Assembly: GCA_030167865.1 (NCBI GenBank)
Contig: JALAGF010006287.1
Span: 124,001-164,555 of the forward strand
Reading direction: 5' to 3'
Origin: Craspedostauros australis
Taxonomy: Eukaryota
DNA: 40,555 nt
In this document: piece after piece, positions 19,040 to 31,600 of the stretch
Position numbering within the stretch: the stretch's first letter is position 1
Layout: every line of letters starts with the position of its first letter
Program-made: the position numbers and the translations under genes
Notes under the pieces: model-generated
Databases searched by the model: none
What the model was told of the DNA's origin: nothing
The model's input: the letters and a program-made list of their open reading frames with translations, nothing else

Positions 19040-20810
19040 CGGCCAGCACCACAAGAAATTGTAAGAGCAAGAAGACTCGTGACGAGACCGGGTATGTCGT
19101 ACCCACTTGCCATCAGGCATCAAGCCTTTGGACAGTCCGCTCCGATTGCTCTTGCTGCTTCTTCTTGATAGCATCGACGCAACCAGCAGCATTCATTTGG
19201 TACCATTTCGAACATGAGGGAATGGATCCTCACATCTTCGATCCATCCATCGGCGGCCGCAACGCTCGTGGACAATGTGATCCGACAATGTGAGAGGAAC
19301 CAAAGGCAACAGATGAAAGAAGCGCAAGATCGGACGTCATCTACGAAGGTACGGAGAGTCTTCAGTTTCCATTGAACGACCCAGAGGGTCAGTCAGAATT
19401 CAAGAATGAAATGAGCAGCGGTCCGCATCGTGCATGGAAGGAGCTGAGGGAGCATGTCCCCACTGCACATACGGCCTCCGCTTCTGTCCTGCCATGATAA
19501 CAGATGCACATCATATTCTATTCTCCAATGTAAATACTGCTTCACCACTTGCAAGCGTATGTGCAGTACCTTCCATTCGAATCGTTTGATAGTTGTCAAA
19601 GATCGCAACCTTCCACTTGCACAATGAACTGGGCGAGGCATGGCAAGAGGGCAACAACAGGCAGGTTGCGGCGCCTATATCTCTTCCAAGGTACAGTATC
19701 GTCCATGCATTGCTAGAATTGCAATGCAGAGCAGGCTGCTTGTACCTCCTCCACAATGTCTCAAGAAGAGGCAGGCTTGTGACACTTGCCGACCTTGCCG
19801 TCATCAAACCTCAGTCAGGCTACGGCCGCCGTATCGATCATGTGATCGTGTAAAGCGCTCTTCTTCCTCGCCATTGAATCGATTCTACTGTGCTCCACTG
19901 TTCGTAGGTTCTGGCTTCGCAACATGGTTTCGATCGTTTGATGTTCCAGATGAAGTCGTACACATTGAGGCATCCAACGTTGTACATGAGCGTTAGCCAA
20001 CCATTGCTGGACTATTCAATCCTTGATTTGCAAGCACCTGTGCTAGTATTGCTGGCACGATGCTGTTCTCCAGTGGTCGAGTCGGCGCTGAGTGTCAGGT
20101 CTTCCTTTCACCCGCACAACGAAAGGGTGCGCAACAACGACAACAACAACGACTGAGTTTTTGTTCTTGGTGTGAATGGTTCCATGCCTTGACAATGCGA
20201 TTTATCTAGAACCCCAATGACAAAAGTGCTTATGGACACGATCTGCGAATGGATGTTTGTTAAGTTCGACTTGTTTCTCGCAACAGTGTGGGAGACAGCG
20301 CGATGGCAACCACCCACGAACGCGTTCTTCTCAACACGGGCCAGTAGCGTACTCCGACTGTAGCACGAACACGAGCGCTGTTGCTACACGAGAATTACGA
20401 TTAGCAGTTGCTTCGCAAGAGACGAACATGTGATTCCTTGCTGGTGCGAAGAAATGAACGAAGACAGATAGCTCGCACTTCCTTGTAACATCCCCTTCTA
20501 TTCCGAGAAAATGGGGCGCCCTTGTTTCGGATTCTCGTGGTCTCGGAAAGGACCAGTCCCATCGATGGTCATTTGCATGACAAATGTGTGAATCGCACCA
20601 ACACAACTGTGCTACACCCAACCACCAACCTTGACATGAATTGGACCGGTACACATTCGAACTGCTCACAGCATGCGCCGGTGTGACCAGCAAAAAGTCA
20701 TAAATTCTATCCAAGCCATTCCTGAAACCAACAAGAAAGCAAATCGACAATCAACAAAGCAACCAACGCACAAATTCACACACACACACAACGGACACGA
20801 CGCGATTACC

Positions 20811-22094
20811 ATGATGGATCACACTATGAAGAAGGACAAATCCTCCAACGCTGTGCCCAATTCAAGAAAGGGGGTTCAGCCACTGCCAAAGGACTTCGTC
20901 CCAACAGAGCTCGACGTCATCTGCGGTCGAGGCAAGCACATCAAGAATCACGCAGGCAACGTGCGATTCAGACAAGTTGTCGCTGCCTCTGTCGACGAGT
21001 ACAAGAAGGCGCACACGAAGCAGGAAAAGTCTGCTGCTGTCACAATGATCGTGAACAGAGTCCGCCGATGCAATCAAGACGGCGGCTTCGTGCGCAAGGT
21101 CAGCGATGGCTCTTGGGTGATTGTGGAAGAAATCGTCGCGCGAGAGAAGGTCGGACAATGGTACGAGCTATGTGAGCCGGGACTCCTCGTTCGCAATTGA
21201 TGAAGCTACCTGAGCGTGCGCCAACACCTCGGAACATCCGGCGATCTTTGTATGATATGTATTCCTGCGGAATCTGACAAAGCGTGCTTGCGCATGCACA
21301 TACTTCGTATCAGCATAGCATATCTGACTTTTCTTATCTTTTGCAACCCGCTCTCCCGACTTTGGATCATGGCATTGCTAAATGTGCATGACGAAATCTG
21401 CAGCATCCGAGACTTCATGTCTGACATGTACAGTTCCAGCACCAAGTCAAAGCGGATCCGACGCAAGCTCGAAACCATGCAGATGGATGACAACATCGAC
21501 GAACTGATGATGTCAAACAGTGTCGTGGCACATCACATGGCGAGTATCCAGCAGGAAATCAAGAGAGGTGGTAAGTTTCAAATGAGATCACCGAATGCTG
21601 TTCATTCTTCTCGTATCGCATGATCAGTTACCGCGAACACGAGAATGTGCCATCCTATTATTCCACCCTCTCATCCTTCCTTTGCCTGTCTCTCGCTCTC
21701 TTTCGTAATCAATTGCTGTCCCATCACAGCCTCGGACGAGCACATTGGTCAGCTTCTGGAAACTGCCAACGCTTCGGTTTTGGAACAGATCAAAGGGAAT
21801 CAGACATTGCAGCAGGTCGCATTGGCAGCTGCGGGGCATGAATCGACAACGGATGCAGGGCAGGATGCCAACACTTCGCACCCACCGACTGTTCCAAACT
21901 GGTTGTTTGCGAATGGAGAGCTTCCAGCCATCACGATACCAGAAAAGCCACTGGCGATGATGAGCATCTCCGAATCGAAGCCAGAAGCTGCGAAATTGTC
22001 TTCTGTTCTAGACACATCGAATGCCGATGGCGCCGAAAAGAAGCGCAGCCGCAAGGCCCAGCCGCAAAAGCCCTCGAAGAGATGCCGAAGATGA
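20811..22094 (+). CDS. DUF6824-like domain protein, 3 exons (20811-21160, 21404-21570, 21730-22094), about 293 aa
   Basis: DVICGRGKHIKNHAGNVRFR...GGFVRK...W...AREKVGQ|CIRD..SDMYSSSTKSK. GT-AG introns give an open 882-nt frame with the same junctions as the 5994-7711 paralogue. Confidence 0.87.
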
Positions 22095-22610
22095 TCTTGT
22101 CTGCAACTGTGCTCATCGGACAGGGTGCTTGTGCGCCGTCGCAACACTTCTTCGCACAATGATTCCACGCGCGTCAATAGAGCTGTACCAACACAACAGA
22201 ATATTTGGTATAACAAGATATAAGATCCTGCACAATGTACTGTATAAGAATGCAACAATGGAAAGCAATGACCACAGCTGCAGGGGCGGTTGTAAACGAT
22301 CTGCTCTGCTCGTAGAGTGTTTTTGAATTGTGGACCATTGCCGTACAGAGAGAGCGTTGCAGCATCTCGCGGAAGAAGACCAAGACCATGCACGCACAAC
22401 GAAGCGCCCCGCTCGAATTCGGTCACTTCGGCTTTGTTGGAAAGTTCAGCAGCAGAAGCAAGGGGAAAGGAGCTTTGAAGCGATGCAAATGTGTGTATCC
22501 ACCTGCGTTAATCTGTCTGTGTATCTGCGTGGCGTTTACATAAATGATTACAAGCAGACGATGCTCTAGAGAGTGTTCATACGTTTGGGTTCGTCCGCAA
22601 TGCAATATCT

Positions 22611-24948
22611 TCACGCTCTTGCGCTGCGTTCATCGACAGCGGCCATGGCATCCAACACGACTCGCACTTCTCCCAACATTCTCAGCACTTCATCTTGCAG
22701 CTCCTCGACGCCCATGTCCTCGTGGATCGACAGCTTCAGGTAAGGCGTGCCGTCCAAGATTTCCTCCAGATCCTCGAGCGCGCCATCAACCACTCCCAAG
22801 TCGTACTTCGAGACGACATCAATCCACGGCCGACGCGGAAACCGTGCTCGCACCTGGTTCATCGATAAGCGAAGGAGAGGATTTCCCGCAATCAGTTGCG
22901 GCGTGATAGATCGCGAAAAATGAAGAGCGAGGGCTTGTTGACAATGTGAGAGGGAGGTAAATGGTTTGGGGACTGTGATTCAATGTGTTTCATTCACATT
23001 TCATCCTAAACCACTTCCGTTGACTCGTCCCATGAATTTTGCGACCAACAGATCGTCAACCAGTGAGATCACCCGCGCAACATCCAGCAAGGTCAATAGT
23101 ATTCACATACAATCGTTCTTGCCCTGTTGCTACATCATACAAGCATTGTGAACGAATAAAAATCCGCGGCTCCGTCACTGAAGTCTTCTTCTCCACCTCC
23201 TTAAAAACACAACGAATCCATCACGGCACGATATTGTTTACTCACCTCCTTCCGTAGCTGCAGTTGATCCTCCACGGATGAGCACTTGTCCCCTGCCTGA
23301 CCTGAAAGGTCCATGACGTACATGACAGCCGTCGGTAGATGCTTCATGGCGGCCAACGTGAGCTCTTCCATCTCGTTGCGCTCGTAATCAGGGCGCACCA
23401 GCAGACCCGGGCTGTCCATGACCTGGCATAGCTGCGAGAAGGCGTACTTGCCGGTCAACACTTCCGCGTCTCGCTGCCTGCGGTTCTTGCGCTGCAGCGC
23501 GCGGTTTTTCTTTTCATCCTCGCTCGATTTGGGCACGATCGCCTTGGCGATGGTCGAATCATCACTCCAGAACACCTCGACATGGCCCAGCGTCATACCT
23601 CGCGTTGTGAATGGGTAATTGTTAACCTCCGGCGTCGCCGAGGATATGCATCGCACGATGGAGGACTTGCCAACGTTCGGCGCGCCCACCAAGACGACGG
23701 CGGGCGTGTCGAGCTGAACCGCCGGTGCACTCCTCAGCTTGCGCTGCAGGTCCACCAACCCGGCCACTGGCTCGAACACAAATTGCTTGTAGAGTGCCAT
23801 CATCTGCTCCGTCCCTTCCTTGACCACGTCATCGGCCTCTCTCGCGGTTTCGGCATACTTTGCCTTGGCGACCCAATCCTTGCCCGCATCCAGGAGCATC
23901 TTTCGCGCCTCGTGGATCTCGTCGAGAACCAGCTCCAAAGTGAGACCGTCCTTCTTTTGTCGTGCACGGGCCGTCAAATCAGCGACGACGCGTTCGAACG
24001 GATGCAGCCGTCTCCATTCGGCCTTGTATCCTTTGACGGTGTCTCGCAGGGGCAGACACAAAGCCTGCGAGAGGGCATTCAATCGTTCGGCTCCGTGTTT
24101 GCGCGCACGATTCTTTGCATTCTTGATGGCCCTGCAGTTGGAAATGGAGTGATGTGAGAAAGCGTGGGAATGTGAGCGTGGGTGTAGTTGGGAATGGATT
24201 TGTGGGTGCATGTGAAAGCGCAGATGCGAGCGCAAAGGCGACTGTAATTATGAATAGAATCATTAGCAAGTTACGAATGCGAGAGTTCCGGTGGAGTCAT
24301 GGATGGAATGCTCATCCATGCAATAGATGAGAACAAGCACGTGAGCATGATACTCGCGACATGCAAAAGAAAGGAAAAGAGAGGCCACCTCACACACGCG
24401 CACACAAAGACGTACGCATCCCCCTGGACACGCAAGGATGCCTTTCGCGCCCTGTCCATAAGCTCCGTGGGTGGCTTGACGACGGGTAACCGACGCAATC
24501 CGCCGGTGTTTTGGTATCTGGTTTTGGGTGTGGGCGGTGGTTTGGAGGCTACCGCATTCGGCGTTTGGTCTGTTGATTTGGAGAACAACCTGGTCGCTGT
24601 GGTGGAGTATGCGGCGCAATGCGATGCTGATACACGAACAGAATCCATTGCCGATAACATGCCAGTCTCGCATGTCGCCGAGAATCCAAAACAAGTGTGT
24701 GGGTTGCGCACGCTGATTCCCAGCTGCCGCCGTCGCCCACTTGCATTTGACGTCACAGTCCATGCTGGTGCAGAGGTTAGTGTCGGCGCGCCGTGCCTGA
24801 CGATCGATGGTCTGAAGGCAGCCACAGACCGAACCTGGGAAAGGAATGTGGCCATGCAACAGGAAGCGATCATGATTGCCGTGATCCTTGGTGTTGCGAA
24901 GCTCGACGTCGTTCTTGTCCCCTTGCTGTCGTCACAAGGCGATTTCAT
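22611..24948 (-). CDS. NOG1-family (OBG superfamily) GTPase, probably plastid-targeted, 3 exons (24948-24416, 24131-23246, 22853-22611), about 553 aa
   Basis: G1 GAPNVGKSS, G2 NYPFTT, G3 DSPG, RNEME..TLAA..HLP, G4 VSKYD, and the LHPFE helical domain. GT-AG junctions give an open 1662-nt frame. N-terminal signal-like stretch ending VAA|FRPS. Confidence 0.9.
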
Positions 24949-25635
24949 TGCGAGGAATGGCAGTTCGATGACACGAGCGCAGTGAATGAGATGGAGTATT
25001 GCTCCAGAGGACTGTTGGTCAGCACCGGAATCCAACGCTGAGAGGGTTGTGATGTATGTGCGTTGTGATCCACAACAAGGAGAGGAAACGCGGCGGATCA
25101 TGATGTGCCGCCACTGCGACGAAACACACCAAGAAAAGTTGCGCGAGTTTGTGTTGTTGGCGGGAAATGAGTCGTGTGATCATTCGTGACACACTTGATG
25201 TCGAACTTGTCGCTCGAATTAGTCAGCAATCATCAAACAGTGGACGATTCAACGGATCAAGGGACGATTGTTCCTCCATCATCGACGCCGCAAAATGGCG
25301 CACAAAGCACGAATCATACAACAGCGTCGAAATTTGCACAGAAACATGTGCACAATGATCTTCGGCACGACCTCATCGCGCAAGGCGTGTCGCGTGGGCG
25401 AGGATCGCGGAAGAGTGCTGTGTGTGGTTGTGGCGGCAGTACGAGCGCTTTGTGACGGATCAACAGTCTCCACCATACAACCAGGTCCTCTGTCGAATTC
25501 TTTCAGCGGACGTTGAGCAAAGCAAAGCAAAGCATTGTTGCAGAGTGTCCAACGATTTACAAAGGGCACAGATTCAGCATCATCATACCCAGTGGAGCGT
25601 GCGAGCTGCAAGTAGAAGTGAGGACGGACCCGCAC

Positions 25636-25681
25636 CCCCAACAGAAACACCAACAGAGGCACCAACAGAGACACCAACATG
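25636..25681 (+). repeat. 12-bp tandem repeat CACCAACAGA(G/A)(A/G), about 3.8 copies, ending on the VPS8 ATG
   Basis: ccccaacagaaa caccaacagagg caccaacagaga caccaacATG. Confidence 0.85.
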
Positions 25682-28600
25682 GATATCCAAGCAATTCTGG
25701 ATGAGACGGATTCGTCCCAATCGTCTGTGGGGATGAATCCATCCTCTCAGTCATACGCGTACGCCAGCGGCGGCGGCAGGCACGAGATGGGGCTTGGGCT
25801 TGATCTGAGCGGCGTGTCGAACGCGGATGCTGCGGATCCCATTGCATCAGGAGCAGCAGTCGGAGGGAGGCAGGACTATGGCCGCGGCAGCGATGGGCAT
25901 GTCAAGATGCAATACTCAAACGCGCTGGAGGCTGCCATGCGACGGACCACCAGCAACATGGTGCCACCGCAAAATCCCAACCAGCACGCTGCGCCTCTGC
26001 ATGTGTCCACCGCAGGCCACAACCGATCGCGCCCCGCCCCTGTGGATACGTACACGCGGCAGATTTCGGCGCTGACCACAAGCTCTTTCGGACCCACCGC
26101 TTGCGTGGACTTGGAGCAGATCCTGCAGGAGGACGATGACGACGACGACGACGATGATGATGACTTGGACAACGACGAATGGAGGCGATCGAGGATGGTC
26201 AGCGATCTTCCAACGGCGTCGTCCTACAACCCGTACACTGCGAATACCGCGGCCAAACCAGCTGCAGCTGCCTATGAGAACGCCCCGCCGACCACCATCA
26301 CGCAGACTCGCCACAATGCCGAAGATTGGGACGTGCTGCAGGCCATCCTCGGTGAAGATGACGACGATGATGAGGATGGTGATGCCCATGCCCACGCCCA
26401 CAAGAGCGCGAATGGCGGCAATCACCGCATGACCCACGATGACGATGACAGCGACGATGACATAAGGGCGGTGTTGAACCGTGCCAAGTGGAGTGCTTCA
26501 TTTGCCGACGACAATGACGCTGACGATGACGACGATGATCCTGTTCACGTGTATTCGTTGTCTGAGTGGAAGAAGAATGCCAATTTGTCAGCCAACGGTG
26601 AGCCATCCCATTATTCGTCCCACATACTGGACGCCATCCTCAATTCCGAAGACGATGACGACGATGGCGACCTGGGCTTTGGAACCGGAACGGACCTGAA
26701 GAGCGGAATGCAATTCAACGCAGGCCAAGCAGGAGACCAGTCATGGAAGCAGCCCATTCAGGGTCACCATGGAACCCTCGCTTCACCCAACGGACTCGTT
26801 CGCTCCGTTTCCAACCACAGCTTCACGACGGACATCGACAACTCGACATTGGCAACGACAGAACAGCACGGGCTGTTGCCAGTGGATCATCCTCATGCGA
26901 TCAACTCCGCTCACGTCAATACCGAAATGGACATTTCCGCCATCAGCGTGGGAGGCGCGAGCAGTTCTGCGTTCGGCCTTCCCACCACCAATATCGGTGG
27001 AATGCAGCTTGACAGCACCATCGACGCGGCTGCTGCGCTTCGGTCGGCTGCCAGCCCCATCAAGGCGATGGGAGGGCGGCATGCCGGTTTGTCCACACTT
27101 TCACCAATGGCATCGCCGTCGCCATCAATGCGAGGGACAAACGCCCAGGCTGAAGCAGAGCTGTCGGAAAGCGAGCTTCGCGAAGCCTCCAAACGGTCGT
27201 TGGAGATTGCACGGCTCTACGAGCAAAAGCTAATGAAGAGCGGCCACCGTGATATCGTCTCACCTTTGATGGTGAAGCGTCGACTGAAACCCCGAGTGGA
27301 GCTGCCAACAAAGCAACGTCTTTCGGAGCGCCGGATTGACCCAGTCAAGTCAAATGCACCATCCGGCGGTGCATCAGCGTCAAAAGGCAATGCAAGCGGC
27401 GTGAATCGTGCAGCCGCTCGTCTGCTGACAGTTTCGACCACGACGGCGACGCCAGGATCAGGACAGTCATCGTCAACCATCCCAGCGTCGTCGCTCAACA
27501 TGCCCAAGTTCAACTTCTCGGGTGTCCTGGACGAAAACATGATGCCGGGGATCCACAAGGAGCTGATCAAGAATCAGGCGGCATACGGAAGTCTGCATTC
27601 CACCAACCTGCCGACGGCACTCGCCGTGAACTCAAGATTCATCGCGATCGGTACTCAGAACGGGGTGATTCTCGTGTTCGATCTATTCGAGGTGCTGCGG
27701 CACTCTCTGGGCGCCACCCGCAGCGGCATTTCGAACAACGACTCGTCCAACGCATTCTCAATCCGCAAGGCAGGCAGCGTGACCTCCATAGACCTCAACT
27801 CTTCCAATGCGGACGTCCTCGTAGCGGGCTACACCAGCGGCTGGATCGTGCTGTGGGACATCATCAAGGGAACAGTGATCCGCACCTGCGCAGACGTCCA
27901 CGCATCTCCATTGTCAACAGTGCGCTTCTCTGCCACCGATTTCAGGATCGTCTCGGTCGACGCCGCAGGCCTTGTCAACAAGGTCACCTTCACGAAGAAC
28001 ATGCTGTGGAATTCGTACAGCTACGACACCGAATGCCTGCTGGATGGAACCGCGGGACAAATCTTGGCGATGGACGTGCTCACACCGCTCAACGTCCTCA
28101 TGCAAAATCAGGCCTCGTCCTCGAAGACCCTGCAGGACTTGGCCAAGACCAGATCCTATGAACCACTCAAGCATCTCGTTCTCATTGCTCTCTCCAGCGA
28201 GCGATCTTCCTTCGCGGTTGCTGTCGAACCAACAGTCAACGTCCTGCATCGTTGGTCCAAGCCTCCGCAAGAACGCGTCGATCCGTTGGAGCCCAGCAAT
28301 CATTCAGGCGTCGAGGACGGCTCGTCGGTGTCAGCGGGCAAAGGCAAAGGCACATCGCCGACTGATAATGATGCTGGTACTGACGCTGGCCGCAACAGAT
28401 CGACGTACCTGCCATGTCTGTCGTGGGGCTGGGCCCTTGTGCAGGGTGGCGGAAACACGCTGACACCGATCCTCGCCAGATCATGGGGATGCTGCATCCA
28501 GTTGCTACGGGCAAGCTACCCCATGCTGGAGGATGACGAACTGGCGGGTGCCGATGGACCGGCGATGCCCGACGTCGAGCAATGGCCCGCGTTCGGTCTT

Positions 28601-31600
28601 CAGGATGAATTCGAGGTCTCTTCGCCCGTCGTCGCGATGAAGTGGCTGAACGACCGATCGCTGATCTACCTCACTATCAACAATGAATTCACCGTCGTGG
28701 ATACCGTCATGATGACCTTGCTGGAGAGGCTCGACTTTTCCGGCCTCCAGCTCACATACGCAGAATTCCGTCTGAGCAAGTCCATCGGCCGGAAGGACAG
28801 CGGGCTCAGCTCGAAGTCGCAATCCATCGGCGGTGACACGAGACCGCTCTGCGCCACCTTCCAGAACTCCATCCAATCCTGGGACGACAGGTTGCTTGTG
28901 CTGTGCCAGTCTGATGTCAAGACCGTCTCCATCGTGGGTGCCAAGCGACGCATCTCGGCACTGGAACAAGACGGCGAATGGTTGGAGGCGCTTGCTCTGG
29001 CCCTGAACCATTACGAGAACACGATCAAGAGTCAGGAGAACCGAAGGCGCAACCCCACCGGACGCAACAGCCTCTCACAGCATCCCGAATTCTCCAAAGG
29101 TGCTCTCAAAAGCGAGGACGAGGAGTGGATTGCCAAGCTGCTCATTCGATATCTGAACATCGCCATGGAGAATGCACCGGACGCGCAGCCCATTGTGGCG
29201 GGAGAACACTTCTTGGACTTGGCCACGAGCCACTTCCAGATGCTGGCCGGCGTGTGCATGGAGTACTGCGTCGTGACCAGACGTCTGGACTTGCTGTTTG
29301 GCCCCATCTTCCATCGTTTTCACTCTGTCGGTTATCTCAATGTCTTCCTCGACGTCCTGGAACCGTACATCCTCAACGACAAGCTGGACTACATCGCGCC
29401 GGAGGCGATGGCCCATTTTATCGAGCATTGCCGAGCGACGAACGGTATTGCCACCGTGGAGCGCTGCTTGCTCCACATGAACGTCACCATCATGGACTTT
29501 GACTCCATCCTTGGACTGCTGCGTGCCAACGAGATGTACTCGGCGCTATTCTACGTCTTCAACCAGGGGCTCAATGATTACACGACCCCGTTGGAAATCC
29601 TGATGGAAAAGATCTTCGATGCTGCGGACACATCGAACTTACACAGGAGCAGCCGACGGTTGGACGGTGTTCCCAACAACGAGCTGCAGCACGTCGGATA
29701 CAAGGCAATTGCGTACCTCCAGAGCTGCTTCCAGGGCCGCACCTTCCCGCAGGACGCCGACATCACGCCGAAGGAGCGGATCCAAACACTGCGACCTGAG
29801 CTTCTTCGTTTGCTCCTGCAGGAGCAGTTCACCCCATCGCCCAACATCAAGGCTCACCAACCGGTCATCGGTTCGCGGGCTTTGCGGTATCCCTATACCC
29901 AGATCCTCATCATGGTGGACCCAATCGCCATGTTCCAAACCATGGCCATGGCGTTGGATGCTCCCGACTCAGAATTCCGAGCAGAATCGAATTTCGAATC
30001 CATCGGAGGCTGGGAGATCGAGGTGGACGGATCAACCGAAATTGCCGGCGATGGCGACGGCGACGGCGGCGGATCCAGTGCCAATAAGATTCCTGATCGG
30101 CAACAGGTCGTGAGCATGTTCCTATCGATCATTTTGCCGGAAAATGCTGACGATGAATCGAAGTTGCCGACACAATCGATCACTGCGCTTCCCAAGCCGT
30201 CGATCTTCCAGGCCCGATCAACAGTCAATGCGTTCCTGGATTTCCTGGCTGAGTACTTGATGAAGGGCGTTGTGCGAGTCAACAAGGTGGTCGCCTTCAT
30301 GATCTTGGAGAGGATGGCCAAACGGTACGAAGCCTGTACAGATGCCTCCGGTCGGCAGCATGCGCAGGGACGAATTATCTCGCTCATCACGGCGCTGCCT
30401 CGCAACTCCTACGAAACCGACGAGGTGTTGGGCCTGGTCGAAAAGTCAGGCATCCACCGGGCGGCGCTGATATTGCACCAAGAGGGCGCGTCCAGCTGGC
30501 ACGATGGCATGCATCCTGAACGACAGGCCCGTCACTTCCAGGCCGCCATCGATAGCTACCTGGAAGACGAAGACGAATCGTTCCGCTTGGAAGTGTTTGC
30601 GTATGCCAAGAAGGAGTGCCCCGGATCGACCGATGTGGAGAGCAACTTCGATGCTGCCTTCGAACCCAAGACTCTCCGAGACGCGTTGGCATTTAAACTG
30701 CGAGACTTGGTGCGACTGAGTCCGTTGATGACGGCCGAGCTTGTGTCCGAGCTGTTCGTCGAAGACCTTGAGAAGGTGATTGGTTTGCTGGACAATACGG
30801 ACAGTGGCAAGGTCCAGTTCATGTTTTTGCAGACCATCATCTCGGGCGAACTCAACCAGAAGGATTCGGTCGCCGGGTCAGTCCTGACAGCGCAGCTCAC
30901 CACAGGACACCATCACAGGTACCTGGAATTGATGGCGGATCTGTATCCCGACTCCGTCTACGACTACCTCTCAACTCACGACAACTACCGGCCGGAGCAG
31001 TGCCTCGAGCTGTGCCAACGGCGCAACATAGCAGACGCTTCCGCCTACCTGCTGGAGAGGATGGGCAACGTGACGAGCGCTCTGCAACTGATCTTGCAAA
31101 CCTTGGAAAGCCGCATGATGAATCTCAAGCGCACCGTGAGGGGTTTGGGGACGGACTTCTTCCGTCAGCATTCTGCAACACTCTCCGCGTCGCGCTGGCG
31201 CAAATCCAAGGCGTCGTCGATGGAACTGTACGGCAAGCAAGAGAAGGACGTGGAAGGCGTGAAGAAGATCCTGATCGTGGCGCTCGATCTGTGCGAGCGA
31301 AATTCCGGCAGCTTCAACTCGCAAACCGAGCACGGATCGCAGCTTTGGTTCAACGTGCTGGATCGTCTCATCAATGCAAAGAGCTTCTTGCGGTTGACGA
31401 AGGAGCAACCAAGCCACGCCGGTGTTATCAGCGGCGTCCTCGGCGACCTGCTCCGATTGACGATGCAGAGGATGGTCTCCAGCGTCCCGCTTCCTGATCT
31501 GGTCCGCAAGGTGACGTCCGATCATTCCGGCAGCGACATCGGAGAGCTGCGCCAGCTGGTCAGCAGCCTCTTGAGCACGTACGGGTTGGAACTGAACGTG

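Noticed and set aside
18765..19106. 113-aa ORF with a hydrophobic stretch and VINT repeats
   Set aside because: GTG start in a eukaryote, no family motifs; the repeat is explained by the 12-bp tandem duplication.
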